54,852 nt of DNA, from the IMG/VR virus record IMGVR_UViG_3300045988_117159. One strand, written 5' to 3'. The number at the start of each line of letters is the position of its first letter. Positions within the stretch are counted from its first letter, which is position 1. Positions 43,840 through 53,044 of the stretch are shown here, piece after piece. The notes under the pieces are model-generated. The model was not told the origin of the DNA, did not search any database, and saw only the letters and a list, made by a program, of their open reading frames with translations. Made by a program: the position numbers and the translations under genes. The stretch comes from a virus.

Positions 43840-44848
43840 GTAACTTATTTATTCCTTGAATCAATTTAGCATAAGCTTCTTTATTGTCTTGATAATATTT
43901 AATCAAGTTATATTTTCCTTGAAATTTTTCATCCTTTGAAATTTCTCCTGATTCTAAATCTACTAAATAAAACCATGCTCCTGCTTGATTTAATAAACCT
44001 AATTTGATTCCAACATCTATAGCATCAGAAATATAATCAATACCATCTAGATACCTCAATGTATAGAATCCTACTTTTCTATCAGCTCTACATATTTTTG
44101 ATTTTGTCAAAGCTACGTTGACTATATTCCCGGCAGGATTTTCACAAGACCTTGATAAATTTTTTCCTTGTTCATCAATATAATTTCCTTTCCTAAATTC
44201 TAATCTAGTGGTACAAGCGTGCCTCCAAGCTTTTCCACCTGTGGTAGTTGTGCCTCCATACATGCTATTCATATCATCCCTAACTTGATTTATTCCTATA
44301 AGAATGGCATCAGTTCTCGCTAGAATAGGTGTTACTTTTTTAGAAAATTCAGTTAAAGACATACTTATTCCTCCATATGTTCTTTCACCAATATCTTTTT
44401 CATTGGACTGCGTTGATACCATAGCACCTATAGAATCTAGAATACCTACACTTATTTCGCCGGTTTCAAATAATTCCATCATCATGTTAAATACTTCTTC
44501 GGCTCCCATTGAGTCAGGGTCAAAATATAATATGTTGTCACAATCTAACCCTAACTTTGTAGCCCAAATCCTATCAAATGTATGTTCTATGTCAACAATT
44601 AGTACTTTTTTATCAGGATATAACTTTTGAGCATTTCCTGCCAAATCTATAGCAGTTGTTGTTTTTCCACTTCCATCACTTCCATAAAATTCAGCAATTC
44701 TTCCAACAGGCAATCCTCCATAAGTCATATAATTTAATCGGCAAGAAGAAAAAGGAATTTTAGTTATTTCTTTTTCTTCCACACCTAAAGATATATTTCC
44801 AATTTTCATATTTTTATTTAACGATTTTACAACATTTTCTAAAGACAT
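43832..44848 (-). CDS. recA: RecA-family recombinase
   Basis: Walker A GSDGSGKTT, VLIVDIE, LIGINQVRD, length 338 aa. Confidence 0.8.
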   Translation of the reverse strand: MSLENVVKSLNKNMKIGNISLGVEEKEITKIPFSSCRLNYMTYGGLPVGRIAEFYGSDGSGKTTTAIDLAGNAQKLYPDKKVLIVDIEHTFDRIWATKLGLDCDNILYFDPDSMGAEEVFNMMMELFETGEISVGILDSIGAMVSTQSNEKDIGERTYGGISMSLTEFSKKVTPILARTDAILIGINQVRDDMNSMYGGTTTTGGKAWRHACTTRLEFRKGNYIDEQGKNLSRSCENPAGNIVNVALTKSKICRADRKVGFYTLRYLDGIDYISDAIDVGIKLGLLNQAGAWFYLVDLESGEISKDEKFQGKYNLIKYYQDNKEAYAKLIQGINKLQS

Positions 44849-44849
44849 T

Positions 44850-45125
44850 TTATTCCTCCTTTATATATACCTTTGTATACTTAACCCCGAAACTATTAGA
44901 TTTATGACGAACCCAAACGTCTATGACATTATTCTTTACTGCTCCTCCACAATCTTCAGCAATATATTCATTTCCATCAATTAAAATAATCGAACCATAA
45001 GGAATCACGTTTGGGTCTACTGCTATTGTATGATTCTCTTGTGCTTTTGTTCCTGTAGCAGTTAAATCTCCATAATCATCTTCCACTAACCAATAGCACG
45101 TGATTCTAAATGTACCTAGTTCTCT
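44850..45125 (-). CDS. 3D-domain (MltA/YuiC-like double-psi beta-barrel) segment, in frame with the upstream ORF across a single TGA
   Basis: TFRITCYW..TATGT..IAVDPNVIPYGS..AEDCGGAVKNNVIDVW is a 3D-domain signature. No ATG covers its first strand (the track start is a GTG at 45086). Confidence 0.6.
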   Translation of the reverse strand, partial: RELGTFRITCYWLVEDDYGDLTATGTKAQENHTIAVDPNVIPYGSIILIDGNEYIAEDCGGAVKNNVIDVWVRHKSNSFGVKYTKVYIKEE

Positions 45126-45365
45126 TCATTTATTTAATTCTTCGACTTGTCCTTCAAGATAAGCGTTATCTTGTAGAACACTATTATATTCATCCTGTAA
45201 TAGTTTATATTGATTTTCTTTCTCAATTAATGTGTCCGTAAGATTATCAATTTGCTTTTGTTGTTCCTTAATTTTATTACTAAAATTCAAGTTAATTAAA
45301 ACTGCAAATAATAATATAACTACTACAATTAATAAAGTTACTTTTGTTTTATTTAATTTTTTCAT
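45126..45365 (-). CDS. membrane anchor + coiled-coil ORF (79 aa) ending in a TGA that is in frame with the 3D domain
   Basis: Transmembrane segment VTLLIVVVILLFAVLI. Frame relation verified (45125-45086 = 39 nt). Confidence 0.6.
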   Translation of the reverse strand: MKKLNKTKVTLLIVVVILLFAVLINLNFSNKIKEQQKQIDNLTDTLIEKENQYKLLQDEYNSVLQDNAYLEGQVEELNK

Positions 45366-45884
45366 TTAAAACACCTCTCTATTTTTATTAATATATTTAG
45401 AATTTGATAACTCTAATTCTAATAATCTTTTATTCATTATTTTTTTTAATGAATTTAACATTTCATATCCCGCATCTATTTTTAATTTTGTTTTTTTATA
45501 CGAACGATTAAAAACATTGTATACGATTGTATCCTTTTGTGATTTTGTTAATGCTTCAGCATCTTTTTCCGCAACTGTACCAACTGCTAATAATTTAGCT
45601 GTATTGTACACTTCAACTTTTTTAGCTTTTGACACATCTTCTTTAATCCCAATTTCTTCTAATTTTTCACCAACAAAGTAAAGAACATTTGCAAGCTCCA
45701 AAATATAATACTCTAAATCTCTATCATTCATAGGCTGAATCTTCTTTAAGTTTGAATTTATTTCTTGCATTAAATCGTCTAAATCTTTACAGCATTCATC
45801 AGTTATAGATTTTGATAATTTTGATACAAACTTCGACAATTTTTCTATAGATGCTATATCATCATTTGTGATTCTTCTTGTCAT
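45366..45884 (-). CDS. hypothetical helical protein (172 aa)
   Basis: ORF located after RuvC (ATGA overlap) in the recombination block that ends with RecA. Confidence 0.5.
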   Translation of the reverse strand: MTRRITNDDIASIEKLSKFVSKLSKSITDECCKDLDDLMQEINSNLKKIQPMNDRDLEYYILELANVLYFVGEKLEEIGIKEDVSKAKKVEVYNTAKLLAVGTVAEKDAEALTKSQKDTIVYNVFNRSYKKTKLKIDAGYEMLNSLKKIMNKRLLELELSNSKYINKNREVF

Positions 45885-46324
45885 TTCATATGTCTCCTTG
45901 CATATTCAGCAATTAATAAAGCTTCAGCCATTCCATCATGTTGTTTTCTACTTCTTTCAGTGGGTAATAGATTAACTGATGGGAATAATCTAATGGCACA
46001 TTCAATAGAAGTGTTCTTATCATTTGTTACCCCAAATTCTCTTTTCCATTTTTGAGGTGATACCAATTCATATTGAATAAATGATGCTGATAAAGCACCT
46101 TGGATAAATCCAAAGTTCTTTCCAAAGTTAAACATACTAGTTACACCTTGACCTGGCATAGCATGTACATTTTCAACCATACATTTTACTTTTTGATTAT
46201 TGACATTAAAATCATCTAAAAGTTGAATCAACTTCACATTATCATATTTATAAGTGTACGCTTTATCATACTCAATGACTGCAATACCCCCATTTTTTCC
46301 TGGGTCAATTCCTATATAAATCAT
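45881..46324 (-). CDS. ruvC: RuvC-like Holliday junction resolvase (147 aa from MIYIGIDPG)
   Basis: IGIDPG, VENVH, QHDGMAEALLIA catalytic-residue contexts. The track start at 46405 overlaps the upstream gene and is unlikely. Confidence 0.75.
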   Translation of the reverse strand: MIYIGIDPGKNGGIAVIEYDKAYTYKYDNVKLIQLLDDFNVNNQKVKCMVENVHAMPGQGVTSMFNFGKNFGFIQGALSASFIQYELVSPQKWKREFGVTNDKNTSIECAIRLFPSVNLLPTERSRKQHDGMAEALLIAEYARRHMK

Positions 46325-46328
46325 ATAT

Positions 46329-47126
46329 TTACACCACTTTCTTACATATGCCTTTAAAATGGCACCATCTACAATTTTTTGTGTCGTTTGTTTTTGGTGG
46401 AGCAATTAATCTTTCAACATAGCCTTCGCATTCATAGATATAATCACATAATTTATTTTTCATTTCTTGATTCACGTTAAAAACACAAGGGCACTCTAGA
46501 GAACAGGTGTCTCTATTTTCATATAAAACAAAAGCTTTGTCTAAATCTAATGCAGTGCAATAGCATATAACTTGGTAATGATGTTGTGCTAAAGGTTTAT
46601 TTTCAACTTGGGAATACTTAAAACTTATGACATTTTTAAACTCAAATAAATAATATTCATTTGTTGAAATTTTTCGCATAATTCCATCGCACCTAAAAGA
46701 AATTTTCAAAGCTGAATCAAATAGCAACGTTTCTACACCTTGTTGACCTCTTATTACAAGCGTTAGACATTTTCCTTCTTTTTGTTTCTTTTCAACGTAT
46801 TTAGCAACATCTACATATTCCCAATCAAATCCGAATGATTTCATGTTCATTAATGCCTGTTGTATCCTTTCATGTCTGTCAGTTCCTGTATCAGCCATCC
46901 CTTGAGAATTATATTCCATAGGAGTTGAATCTTGTTCAGCTCCCACTCTTGTAAAATACATATTTCTCATACAATGTAATGAAGATGGTTTATACCAATT
47001 ACTCCCTTTTCTTCTATTTTCATTTGCAGTTAGTTCAATAGATTTCATTGTGTCCAATAAAAATCTCTTATTATCCGGTAAATCTTTTGAACTATTCTTA
47101 ATCATAGTTACTAATCTTCTACTCAT
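46329..47126 (-). CDS. Cas4/RecB-like PD-(D/E)XK exonuclease with a 4-Cys cluster
   Basis: N-terminal Cys (SSLHCMRN), FEFKN core, QVICY, C-terminal CRWCHFKGIC. Confidence 0.65.
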   Translation of the reverse strand: MSRRLVTMIKNSSKDLPDNKRFLLDTMKSIELTANENRRKGSNWYKPSSLHCMRNMYFTRVGAEQDSTPMEYNSQGMADTGTDRHERIQQALMNMKSFGFDWEYVDVAKYVEKKQKEGKCLTLVIRGQQGVETLLFDSALKISFRCDGIMRKISTNEYYLFEFKNVISFKYSQVENKPLAQHHYQVICYCTALDLDKAFVLYENRDTCSLECPCVFNVNQEMKNKLCDYIYECEGYVERLIAPPKTNDTKNCRWCHFKGICKKVV

Positions 47127-47127
47127 G

Positions 47128-47304
47128 TTATTTCTCCTTAATTAGTTTTATAAAATCATTAAATTGTGAACCTGTGATAAATCCATTTGTATATAACCCA
47201 TAAATAAGTGTTTTTAAATTCTCACATTCAATAGGACCTTGAGCGAATAAACATCTCTCTCTTAAATGTTCTAATTGAGTTTTATTAAGTCTATAATCTT
47301 TCAT
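47128..47304 (-). CDS. small ORF (58 aa), not in the track
   Basis: TAATG coupling upstream. It carries the SD of the nuclease gene. Confidence 0.4.
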   Translation of the reverse strand: MKDYRLNKTQLEHLRERCLFAQGPIECENLKTLIYGLYTNGFITGSQFNDFIKLIKEK

Positions 47305-47486
47305 TATTTTTCACCTCCTTGATACATTATATCATTAATTAATATGTCTAATTTGGATGTAATTGTATCTAATTTACTTCTTTGTTTTCTATTCAACTCA
47401 TTTTCTTCATTGTTTAATTCGCCAATCAATGAGTTTAGAGCATATATTAAATTTTCTTGTGTTGATTCATTTACCTTATTTTTCAT
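47304..47486 (-). CDS. hypothetical coiled-coil protein (60 aa)
   Basis: ORF. Confidence 0.45.
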   Translation of the reverse strand: MKNKVNESTQENLIYALNSLIGELNNEENELNRKQRSKLDTITSKLDILINDIMYQGGEK

Positions 47487-47498
47487 ACTTTACTACCA

Positions 47499-47630
47499 TT
47501 AATTAAATAAATTTAATAATTCTAAAATAAAAACTATTAAGTAAATAAAATCCAAACTCTTTTGAAAAATAATTTGAAAAGCCATTGATGCACCTGTTAG
47601 AATTAAAATAAAAGTATCTACGTTAACCAT
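47499..47630 (-). CDS. small hydrophobic ORF (43 aa), not in the track
   Basis: MVNVDTFILILTGASMAFQIIF.. with AGGA upstream. Confidence 0.35.
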   Translation of the reverse strand: MVNVDTFILILTGASMAFQIIFQKSLDFIYLIVFILELLNLFN

Positions 47631-47685
47631 TAATTAACACATCCTAAAATTTTGATAATTAAAATACTTTTAAACATGTAATACG

Positions 47686-47790
47686 TCATTCTTCATGAGC
47701 TTTCAAAATTTTATCAATTTGCTTTTTTGTTAGATTTTGACAATCATACATAATATGGTTCAATTCATCTACAATAAATGTTTTATACAT
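47686..47790 (-). CDS. small ORF (34 aa), not in the track
   Basis: SD AAAGGAGAAAG lies 6 nt before the ATG. Confidence 0.4.
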   Translation of the reverse strand: MYKTFIVDELNHIMYDCQNLTKKQIDKILKAHEE

Positions 47791-47845
47791 TTTTTCTTTC
47801 TCCTTTATTTAATAACGTTTAACTTTTCATATTGTTATATTTTTC

Positions 47846-48136
47846 TTAAAACATAACAATAAATGTATATTCATCATCAATTTCATAAACTTTAATAACC
47901 CTAGCATTAATTAAATCTTTATCAATATAAAGCTTTATATCCAGCGGGCTCAAATTTTTGGCTATTGTTTTATCTTTTTTGCCCAACGATAATTTAATTT
48001 TAAATGTTGCATTTGGATTATGTTTCTTGATAACACTACTCATATAATCAATGGAACTAAAACACACATTTTCAGTGATGTAATAAACGTACAATATATG
48101 TTCTTTATCTAATTTTTCTAACCATTGTTTTTCCAT
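47846..48136 (-). CDS. hypothetical protein (96 aa)
   Basis: ORF preceded by the leader-like GGTAAGGTACATAAAGATG. Confidence 0.5.
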   Translation of the reverse strand: MEKQWLEKLDKEHILYVYYITENVCFSSIDYMSSVIKKHNPNATFKIKLSLGKKDKTIAKNLSPLDIKLYIDKDLINARVIKVYEIDDEYTFIVMF

Positions 48137-48158
48137 CTTTATGTACCTTACCTTTCTT

Positions 48159-48389
48159 TTATTTAGCTAAAACCCAACCAAGATTTTCAATACATGATTT
48201 TGGAAACCATTTATCAAAATCATGATTCAATTTATCATTTGGGTTAAAAATATGTAATTGAACTGCTTTTTCAGTTTCTTTAACCACTTCAAATCTATAA
48301 GCTGTATTTACTGATGATGCAATAACCCAAGATTCTAACTTATTAATAATCCAACTTTTAAATTTTACTTCGCAAAATTTCTTTTCCAT
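48159..48389 (-). CDS. hypothetical protein (76 aa), first gene behind promoter copy 6
   Basis: ORF directly after a duplicated leader. Confidence 0.55.
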   Translation of the reverse strand: MEKKFCEVKFKSWIINKLESWVIASSVNTAYRFEVVKETEKAVQLHIFNPNDKLNHDFDKWFPKSCIENLGWVLAK

Positions 48390-48438
48390 CTTTATGTATC
48401 TCTTTCTTTTTTATGTATCTCTTTCTTACTACATATAT

Positions 48439-48467
48439 AGTATAACATATTGTTATACATAATACAA
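48439..48467 (-). promoter_or_regulatory. Early promoter cassette copy 6 (-35 TTGTAT 48467..48462, -10 TATACT 48444..48439)
   Basis: Spacer identical to copies 1 and 4, with a degenerate -35. Confidence 0.6.
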
Positions 48468-48505
48468 GTGTTTTGGGTAAAGTTTTTTATTTTTTTTAAA
48501 TAAAA

Positions 48506-48525
48506 AAGAAGCTATTAAGCTTCTT
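48506..48525 (-). terminator. Rho-independent terminator type I (same stem as 1618..1637)
   Basis: AAGAAGC-TTAATA-GCTTCTT followed by a T run. It contains the ..EEA-stop of the clamp gene. Confidence 0.7.
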
Positions 48526-49594
48526 CATCTTCTAACAGTGCAATTACTTGAATCACTTTTCCACATTCTAATTTAATAGCATTATCATCACCATACCATA
48601 ATTTAACTGTGTCTTCAGGATAAGCTTGTAATTGCTCTTTTAACATTGGAATATCCACTAGGCACGTAAATGGCTTAAATTCATGTGATTCAATATAATT
48701 AATTGTTTCAGTTGATGCATCTTTTCTACTATGAATATTTAAACCTTTTCTTGTAAAGTTAAAATATGCTCCGTTTTTATCATATGGTTCAATAAATAAT
48801 TGTAATCTATCTAACACTGATAGTAATAATGCTTTAGGAATCTTACAATATGATTCAAAGGCAACATCTAAATATCTAGAAATTTCTTCTACCGGATAAT
48901 CTTCAATTCCTTCTAATAATGTTCCATAAATCATCATATTATCATCATAGATAATTAATTCATCAGCTCCACCTAATGTTACTTTAACATCTTCATTTTT
49001 AAATAGTGACATTAAGTTCATCATTTGCGGTGAAATTAATAAAGGTTGTTTTGAATTAAACATATTGAATTTATTAAATGTAATAACCATACTATCAGTA
49101 GAAATTACATTATCACCACAATAATAACCAGTTAAGCAAGGTTGCTCTAATGTTTTGGCTAAAGCTGATTTATTAATATTAAATGCCGACATGATGCTTG
49201 ATAATTTAACTGTTAATTGTTCAGTTGCTTCAATCTTTGGAATTTCAGGAAAGCTAACCAATCCTTCTTCATCACTTATTAATGAAATCTTATATGTTCC
49301 ATTCCCTTTGATAATTAGTACATCATCTTTAACTGATAAATCAATTTCAGGTGATGTCATTTTAGAAATTAATTTTCCAAACTTTTCCGCTTCTACTGTA
49401 ATATCAATATCATCACCTAAAACTTTATCTAATGTCATTTCTAATGTATTTGTCATATCAGTTGATAATAAATGTAATTTATTATTATTTAATTTAATTC
49501 CAATCATTTGAGTAATTGGAATTAATGCATTATTACTTGTTCCCTTTAAAGAATTATTTACTGCTTCTTTTAATAAATTTGTTGCAATTTTCAT
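48515..49594 (-). CDS. dnaN: DNA polymerase III beta sliding clamp-like protein
   Basis: 359 aa. The N-terminus MKIATNLLKEAVN..IPITQMIGIKLNNNKLHLLSTDMTNTLEMTL parallels DnaN. Clamp-loader genes are in the genome. Confidence 0.7.
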   Translation of the reverse strand: MKIATNLLKEAVNNSLKGTSNNALIPITQMIGIKLNNNKLHLLSTDMTNTLEMTLDKVLGDDIDITVEAEKFGKLISKMTSPEIDLSVKDDVLIIKGNGTYKISLISDEEGLVSFPEIPKIEATEQLTVKLSSIMSAFNINKSALAKTLEQPCLTGYYCGDNVISTDSMVITFNKFNMFNSKQPLLISPQMMNLMSLFKNEDVKVTLGGADELIIYDDNMMIYGTLLEGIEDYPVEEISRYLDVAFESYCKIPKALLLSVLDRLQLFIEPYDKNGAYFNFTRKGLNIHSRKDASTETINYIESHEFKPFTCLVDIPMLKEQLQAYPEDTVKLWYGDDNAIKLECGKVIQVIALLEDEEA

Positions 49595-49613
49595 TTTTAT
49601 TTTCTCCTTAAAT

Positions 49614-50192
49614 TTAAAATAGTTCTTTTTTATGCTCTTTTATAATTAAATCATCATTAGCACAATATCTATGAGAATAACATACTCTATTTATATAGAA
49701 TAACATTGTTTCAATATTATTTTTATAATGCCGTTTAGCGCAATCACGTATTGTTCCATCTTTTGTTAAGTCATTCTTTCTATTACAATGATTTAACTTT
49801 GTAGGCTCCCATAATTCACTATGATTATCTCTATGAACTCCCATTCTAGGATTAGCTGTTTTTGCATAATACAAATATCCCTGTTGTGTATAAATATCAC
49901 CAAAATATTCAGATAATTTATTACCTATACTCATACCTTGATAATCTGGAAGAACAACAAATCTATGTTCGATATAAGCTTTTTTGTTATTTTTAAATTT
50001 ACCAGGAAGACATCGTACACTTGCAAAAGCAACTAATTTATCATTCCAAGTAGCTAAATAGCAATCTGAATTATTTAATAAATTTCCACTTAAATAATGA
50101 TGTCTTTTAAAGTACGTCCAAACTTGGGGTTTACACTTACAAATTTTAAGAATAATTTTTGACTTTCTCCTGGGACAATCACTTAAAATCAT
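49614..50192 (-). CDS. GNAT-fold acetyltransferase-like protein
   Basis: Motif A-like FVVLPDYQGMSIGNKLSEYF (Q/R-x-x-G-x-G/A). ATGA overlap with the ATPase gene. Confidence 0.55.
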   Translation of the reverse strand: MILSDCPRRKSKIILKICKCKPQVWTYFKRHHYLSGNLLNNSDCYLATWNDKLVAFASVRCLPGKFKNNKKAYIEHRFVVLPDYQGMSIGNKLSEYFGDIYTQQGYLYYAKTANPRMGVHRDNHSELWEPTKLNHCNRKNDLTKDGTIRDCAKRHYKNNIETMLFYINRVCYSHRYCANDDLIIKEHKKELF

Positions 50193-50782
50193 TTTTTTGT
50201 ATCTAAATTATAAATCCAATCAGGTTTTAACCAATCTATAATATCATAATGACAGCTAGCAAAAACTATATTTTTTAATTTTTTATTTCTTATATATTTT
50301 TGAATAGAGTAAGAGCAACTAATTGCGCACTCTCTATTTACTACACTAGTAAATTCATCAATTACTGCATTATCTTTCAATTTTCTAGCCAAGTTTGCTC
50401 TAAATCGTTGACCATTTGACAACGTATTATATGATTGTAACCAAGTTGGAATAGAATTTAATCCTACAGCTCCTAAACGTTCAATAGCATCCTCGTAATT
50501 TTCAAAATTATCTGCTATACAATAATCATTATTCCATGATATTTTTTCATCTTTTCCAAATTTAGATAAAAGAGTTGATTTTCCTGAACCTGATGCACCA
50601 ATTATTAACCCAATTTGAAAATCACTTGGAAAATTTGGAATGTCTATCTCAATTTTTTGTTTTCCATCAAATTCATAATCAAAAGCATTTGATATTTTTT
50701 TAGTGGTATCTGTAAGAATTATTTTATTTTCTAAAATTATGCTGTTTTTTTTTGTTTTCGTTTCTATATTAAATAAACTCAT
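50189..50782 (-). CDS. minimal ABC-type ATPase (197 aa)
   Basis: Walker A GASGSGKST, signature LSNGQRFRANLARKL, Walker B AVIDEFTS, H-loop-like ASCHYD. Confidence 0.7.
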   Translation of the reverse strand: MSLFNIETKTKKNSIILENKIILTDTTKKISNAFDYEFDGKQKIEIDIPNFPSDFQIGLIIGASGSGKSTLLSKFGKDEKISWNNDYCIADNFENYEDAIERLGAVGLNSIPTWLQSYNTLSNGQRFRANLARKLKDNAVIDEFTSVVNRECAISCSYSIQKYIRNKKLKNIVFASCHYDIIDWLKPDWIYNLDTKK

Positions 50783-50792
50783 ATATTTTCAC

Positions 50793-53042
50793 CTACATTT
50801 CTATTTTTTCACCATACCAATTATATGTGAAATCAACATCACATTTAAAAGGTAACTTAATTAAATGACTTGGTGCAGTTCTCATTAAATATGATAATCT
50901 TTCCGCACATTCTTTTGCATTTTCTTCAGGACACTCTCCAATGACTTCATCATGCACTTGAATTAATAAATGAAATCCTAACTCTTTCATTTTTTCATCA
51001 TTATTAATTGAAATCATTGCTAATTTAGCCATATCCGCAGCCGAACCTTGAACACGTGCGTTAACACATTGTCTTTCGGCTTGAGAAATAAATCCTCCGT
51101 TATCTTTAATCTTGATTCCTAATTGATATGCTTCTTGTATAATTTTATTTTTATTTTGCCAACCGAAAGATTTTTTCAATCTATCAGTATATTCTTTTTT
51201 AATTCTTTCAGGCACCTCATTTGAACAATCATTATTAAAATCCAATGGGTCAAAACTTACTCTATTCCCACTATATTTAAATTCATATGGTTCTAACTGC
51301 ATATCAGTTAAGTGCCTTCTTCTTCCCCAAGCAGTAGTAACATAACCATATTTTCTAGCCATATCTTGTGATTCATCAATGAAATTCGCTAAACCCGTAA
51401 AAGCACTTAACACTTTATCATAAATGACTTGTGCTTGTTTAGTTGAAACTCCTAATTGTTCCGCAATAGATGGAATTTGTCTTCCATATAATACACCCAA
51501 AACGATACTTTTAGCTTGTGTTCTTCTTTCTTTTCCTTGAACATTTGTAGTACCATCGGGTCTAAATTCCAAGCAATCCTCATAAGATTTATTAAAGGCT
51601 AGACTTGCAATAGTGGAATAAATATCTTTTCCATGAATAAAGGCGTCTTGCATTTTTTTATCTTTTGATAGATAAGATGTGACCATAGGTTCTTGTTGAC
51701 TATAATCCGCACCTAATAAGATATATCCATCTTGTGCTTTAAACATTTGTCTAATTTCCTTATTGTGACTTGGTATGTTTTGTAAATTTGGGTCACTACT
51801 TGAAAATCTTCCTGTTTTAGCACCATATTGATTAAAACTTGCATGGATTCTTCCATCTTTTAAAGCTATATTAGGCATTTTTTCAATGTAAGTATTTAAT
51901 AATTTATCTACATTTCTCATTCCTAAAATTGCTTCGCAAAGATTTTTTTCTTTACCTTTTGCAAAATGTTTTAGAATTTCCTCACCTGTACCTCTTGGTG
52001 ACTTCTTATCAGGACTTTCTAATTTTAAAATGTCATAAAATAATATAGCTAATTGAGTTGGACTTGATAATGAAATTGGTTCACTCAATTTATTATTTGG
52101 ATTTTTCATTTTGTATTCCTCAATTTGTTCTTGGTACATTGAAATAGCCTTATTGGCTTGTTCCAATCTCTCTTTTCTAATGTTTGTGTATTTTTCTAAA
52201 AGTTTATTACAAATTTCAAAATCCAAACAAACTCCTCTATCTTCCATATCAGCTACAACTTCAACCAACGGCATTTCTATATTCATAAATACATTATAAG
52301 GTCCTGCTAATCTTCTTCTATTAAGTACAGTCTTTTGATATTCATATAATTCAAAAGTCTTAATTGCATCACCAGCCGCATATAAATATGCAACTTTAAT
52401 TGGTACATAATCAAATTGAATTCCATTAAACAGTTTATCAAAAGTTAATGATTCAATATCTTTAGAATCACAATATTTTAAATGTAAGTCTTTTAATCTA
52501 TGACTTTCATTTTCATCAATACAGTATCCTGCCAACATTGTATCCCAATAACATTTTAGATTTAGATTTAAACAATGTCTAATAACCCTAATATCATATT
52601 TAGAATTATGCATTATCCATTTTCCCTCAAATCTTTTTAATTCTTCAGCTACATCTTTTTCATTTAGTTGATTTGAAGTTCGTACATTTGTAATATGTGA
52701 TTTATGATTAATTGGAATATATACTGCTTTTTTTCCTTTAGTGTATAAACACACGCCTACAATATCAATCAATAATGGATTCAATCCTGTTGTTTCAGTA
52801 TCTATTGCACATTCTCCATTTTTGATACATAAATCAATATATTCATGTAATGATTGTTTATCTCTAATTAATTCATAATCCTCTTTATGATGTTTCAATT
52901 TAGTTTCAGCCATTGAAATCATCATATCTATTTTTTGGGAGAGGTTTCCTCCCCCTTTAATAGATGTTCTAGTTATTGATGATTTAGCTTTTTTAACTAA
53001 AGCTTTTTCATTAGGCTTAATTCTTCCAAAATTAAAAGTCAT
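50793..53042 (-). CDS. polA: family A DNA polymerase with a 3'-5' exonuclease domain
   Basis: Exo motifs DTETTGL, HNSKYD, YAAGDA. Pol motifs DYSQQEP (A), RRTQAKSIVLGVLYG (B), QVHDEV (C). Confidence 0.9.
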   Translation of the reverse strand: MTFNFGRIKPNEKALVKKAKSSITRTSIKGGGNLSQKIDMMISMAETKLKHHKEDYELIRDKQSLHEYIDLCIKNGECAIDTETTGLNPLLIDIVGVCLYTKGKKAVYIPINHKSHITNVRTSNQLNEKDVAEELKRFEGKWIMHNSKYDIRVIRHCLNLNLKCYWDTMLAGYCIDENESHRLKDLHLKYCDSKDIESLTFDKLFNGIQFDYVPIKVAYLYAAGDAIKTFELYEYQKTVLNRRRLAGPYNVFMNIEMPLVEVVADMEDRGVCLDFEICNKLLEKYTNIRKERLEQANKAISMYQEQIEEYKMKNPNNKLSEPISLSSPTQLAILFYDILKLESPDKKSPRGTGEEILKHFAKGKEKNLCEAILGMRNVDKLLNTYIEKMPNIALKDGRIHASFNQYGAKTGRFSSSDPNLQNIPSHNKEIRQMFKAQDGYILLGADYSQQEPMVTSYLSKDKKMQDAFIHGKDIYSTIASLAFNKSYEDCLEFRPDGTTNVQGKERRTQAKSIVLGVLYGRQIPSIAEQLGVSTKQAQVIYDKVLSAFTGLANFIDESQDMARKYGYVTTAWGRRRHLTDMQLEPYEFKYSGNRVSFDPLDFNNDCSNEVPERIKKEYTDRLKKSFGWQNKNKIIQEAYQLGIKIKDNGGFISQAERQCVNARVQGSAADMAKLAMISINNDEKMKELGFHLLIQVHDEVIGECPEENAKECAERLSYLMRTAPSHLIKLPFKCDVDFTYNWYGEKIEM

Positions 53043-53044
53043 AA

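Noticed and set aside
51960-52080. QLAILF in the polymerase (..SSPTQLAILFYDILKL..) as a beta-clamp-binding motif
   Set aside because: The equivalent SP.QL..ILF segment is a generally conserved part of family A polymerases, so it is not evidence of clamp binding.
1901-52299. All plus-strand ORFs in the track (for example 1901-2164, 4518-4838, 5527-5763, 5973-6308, 10881-11150, 20259-20534, 27583-27885, 33880-34158, 44304-44630, 49155-49511, 52111-52299)
   Set aside because: Each lies entirely antisense to a well-supported minus-strand gene. None has a convincing SD. All translate to F/L/I/S-rich low-complexity strings, as expected for the reverse frame of AT-rich coding DNA.
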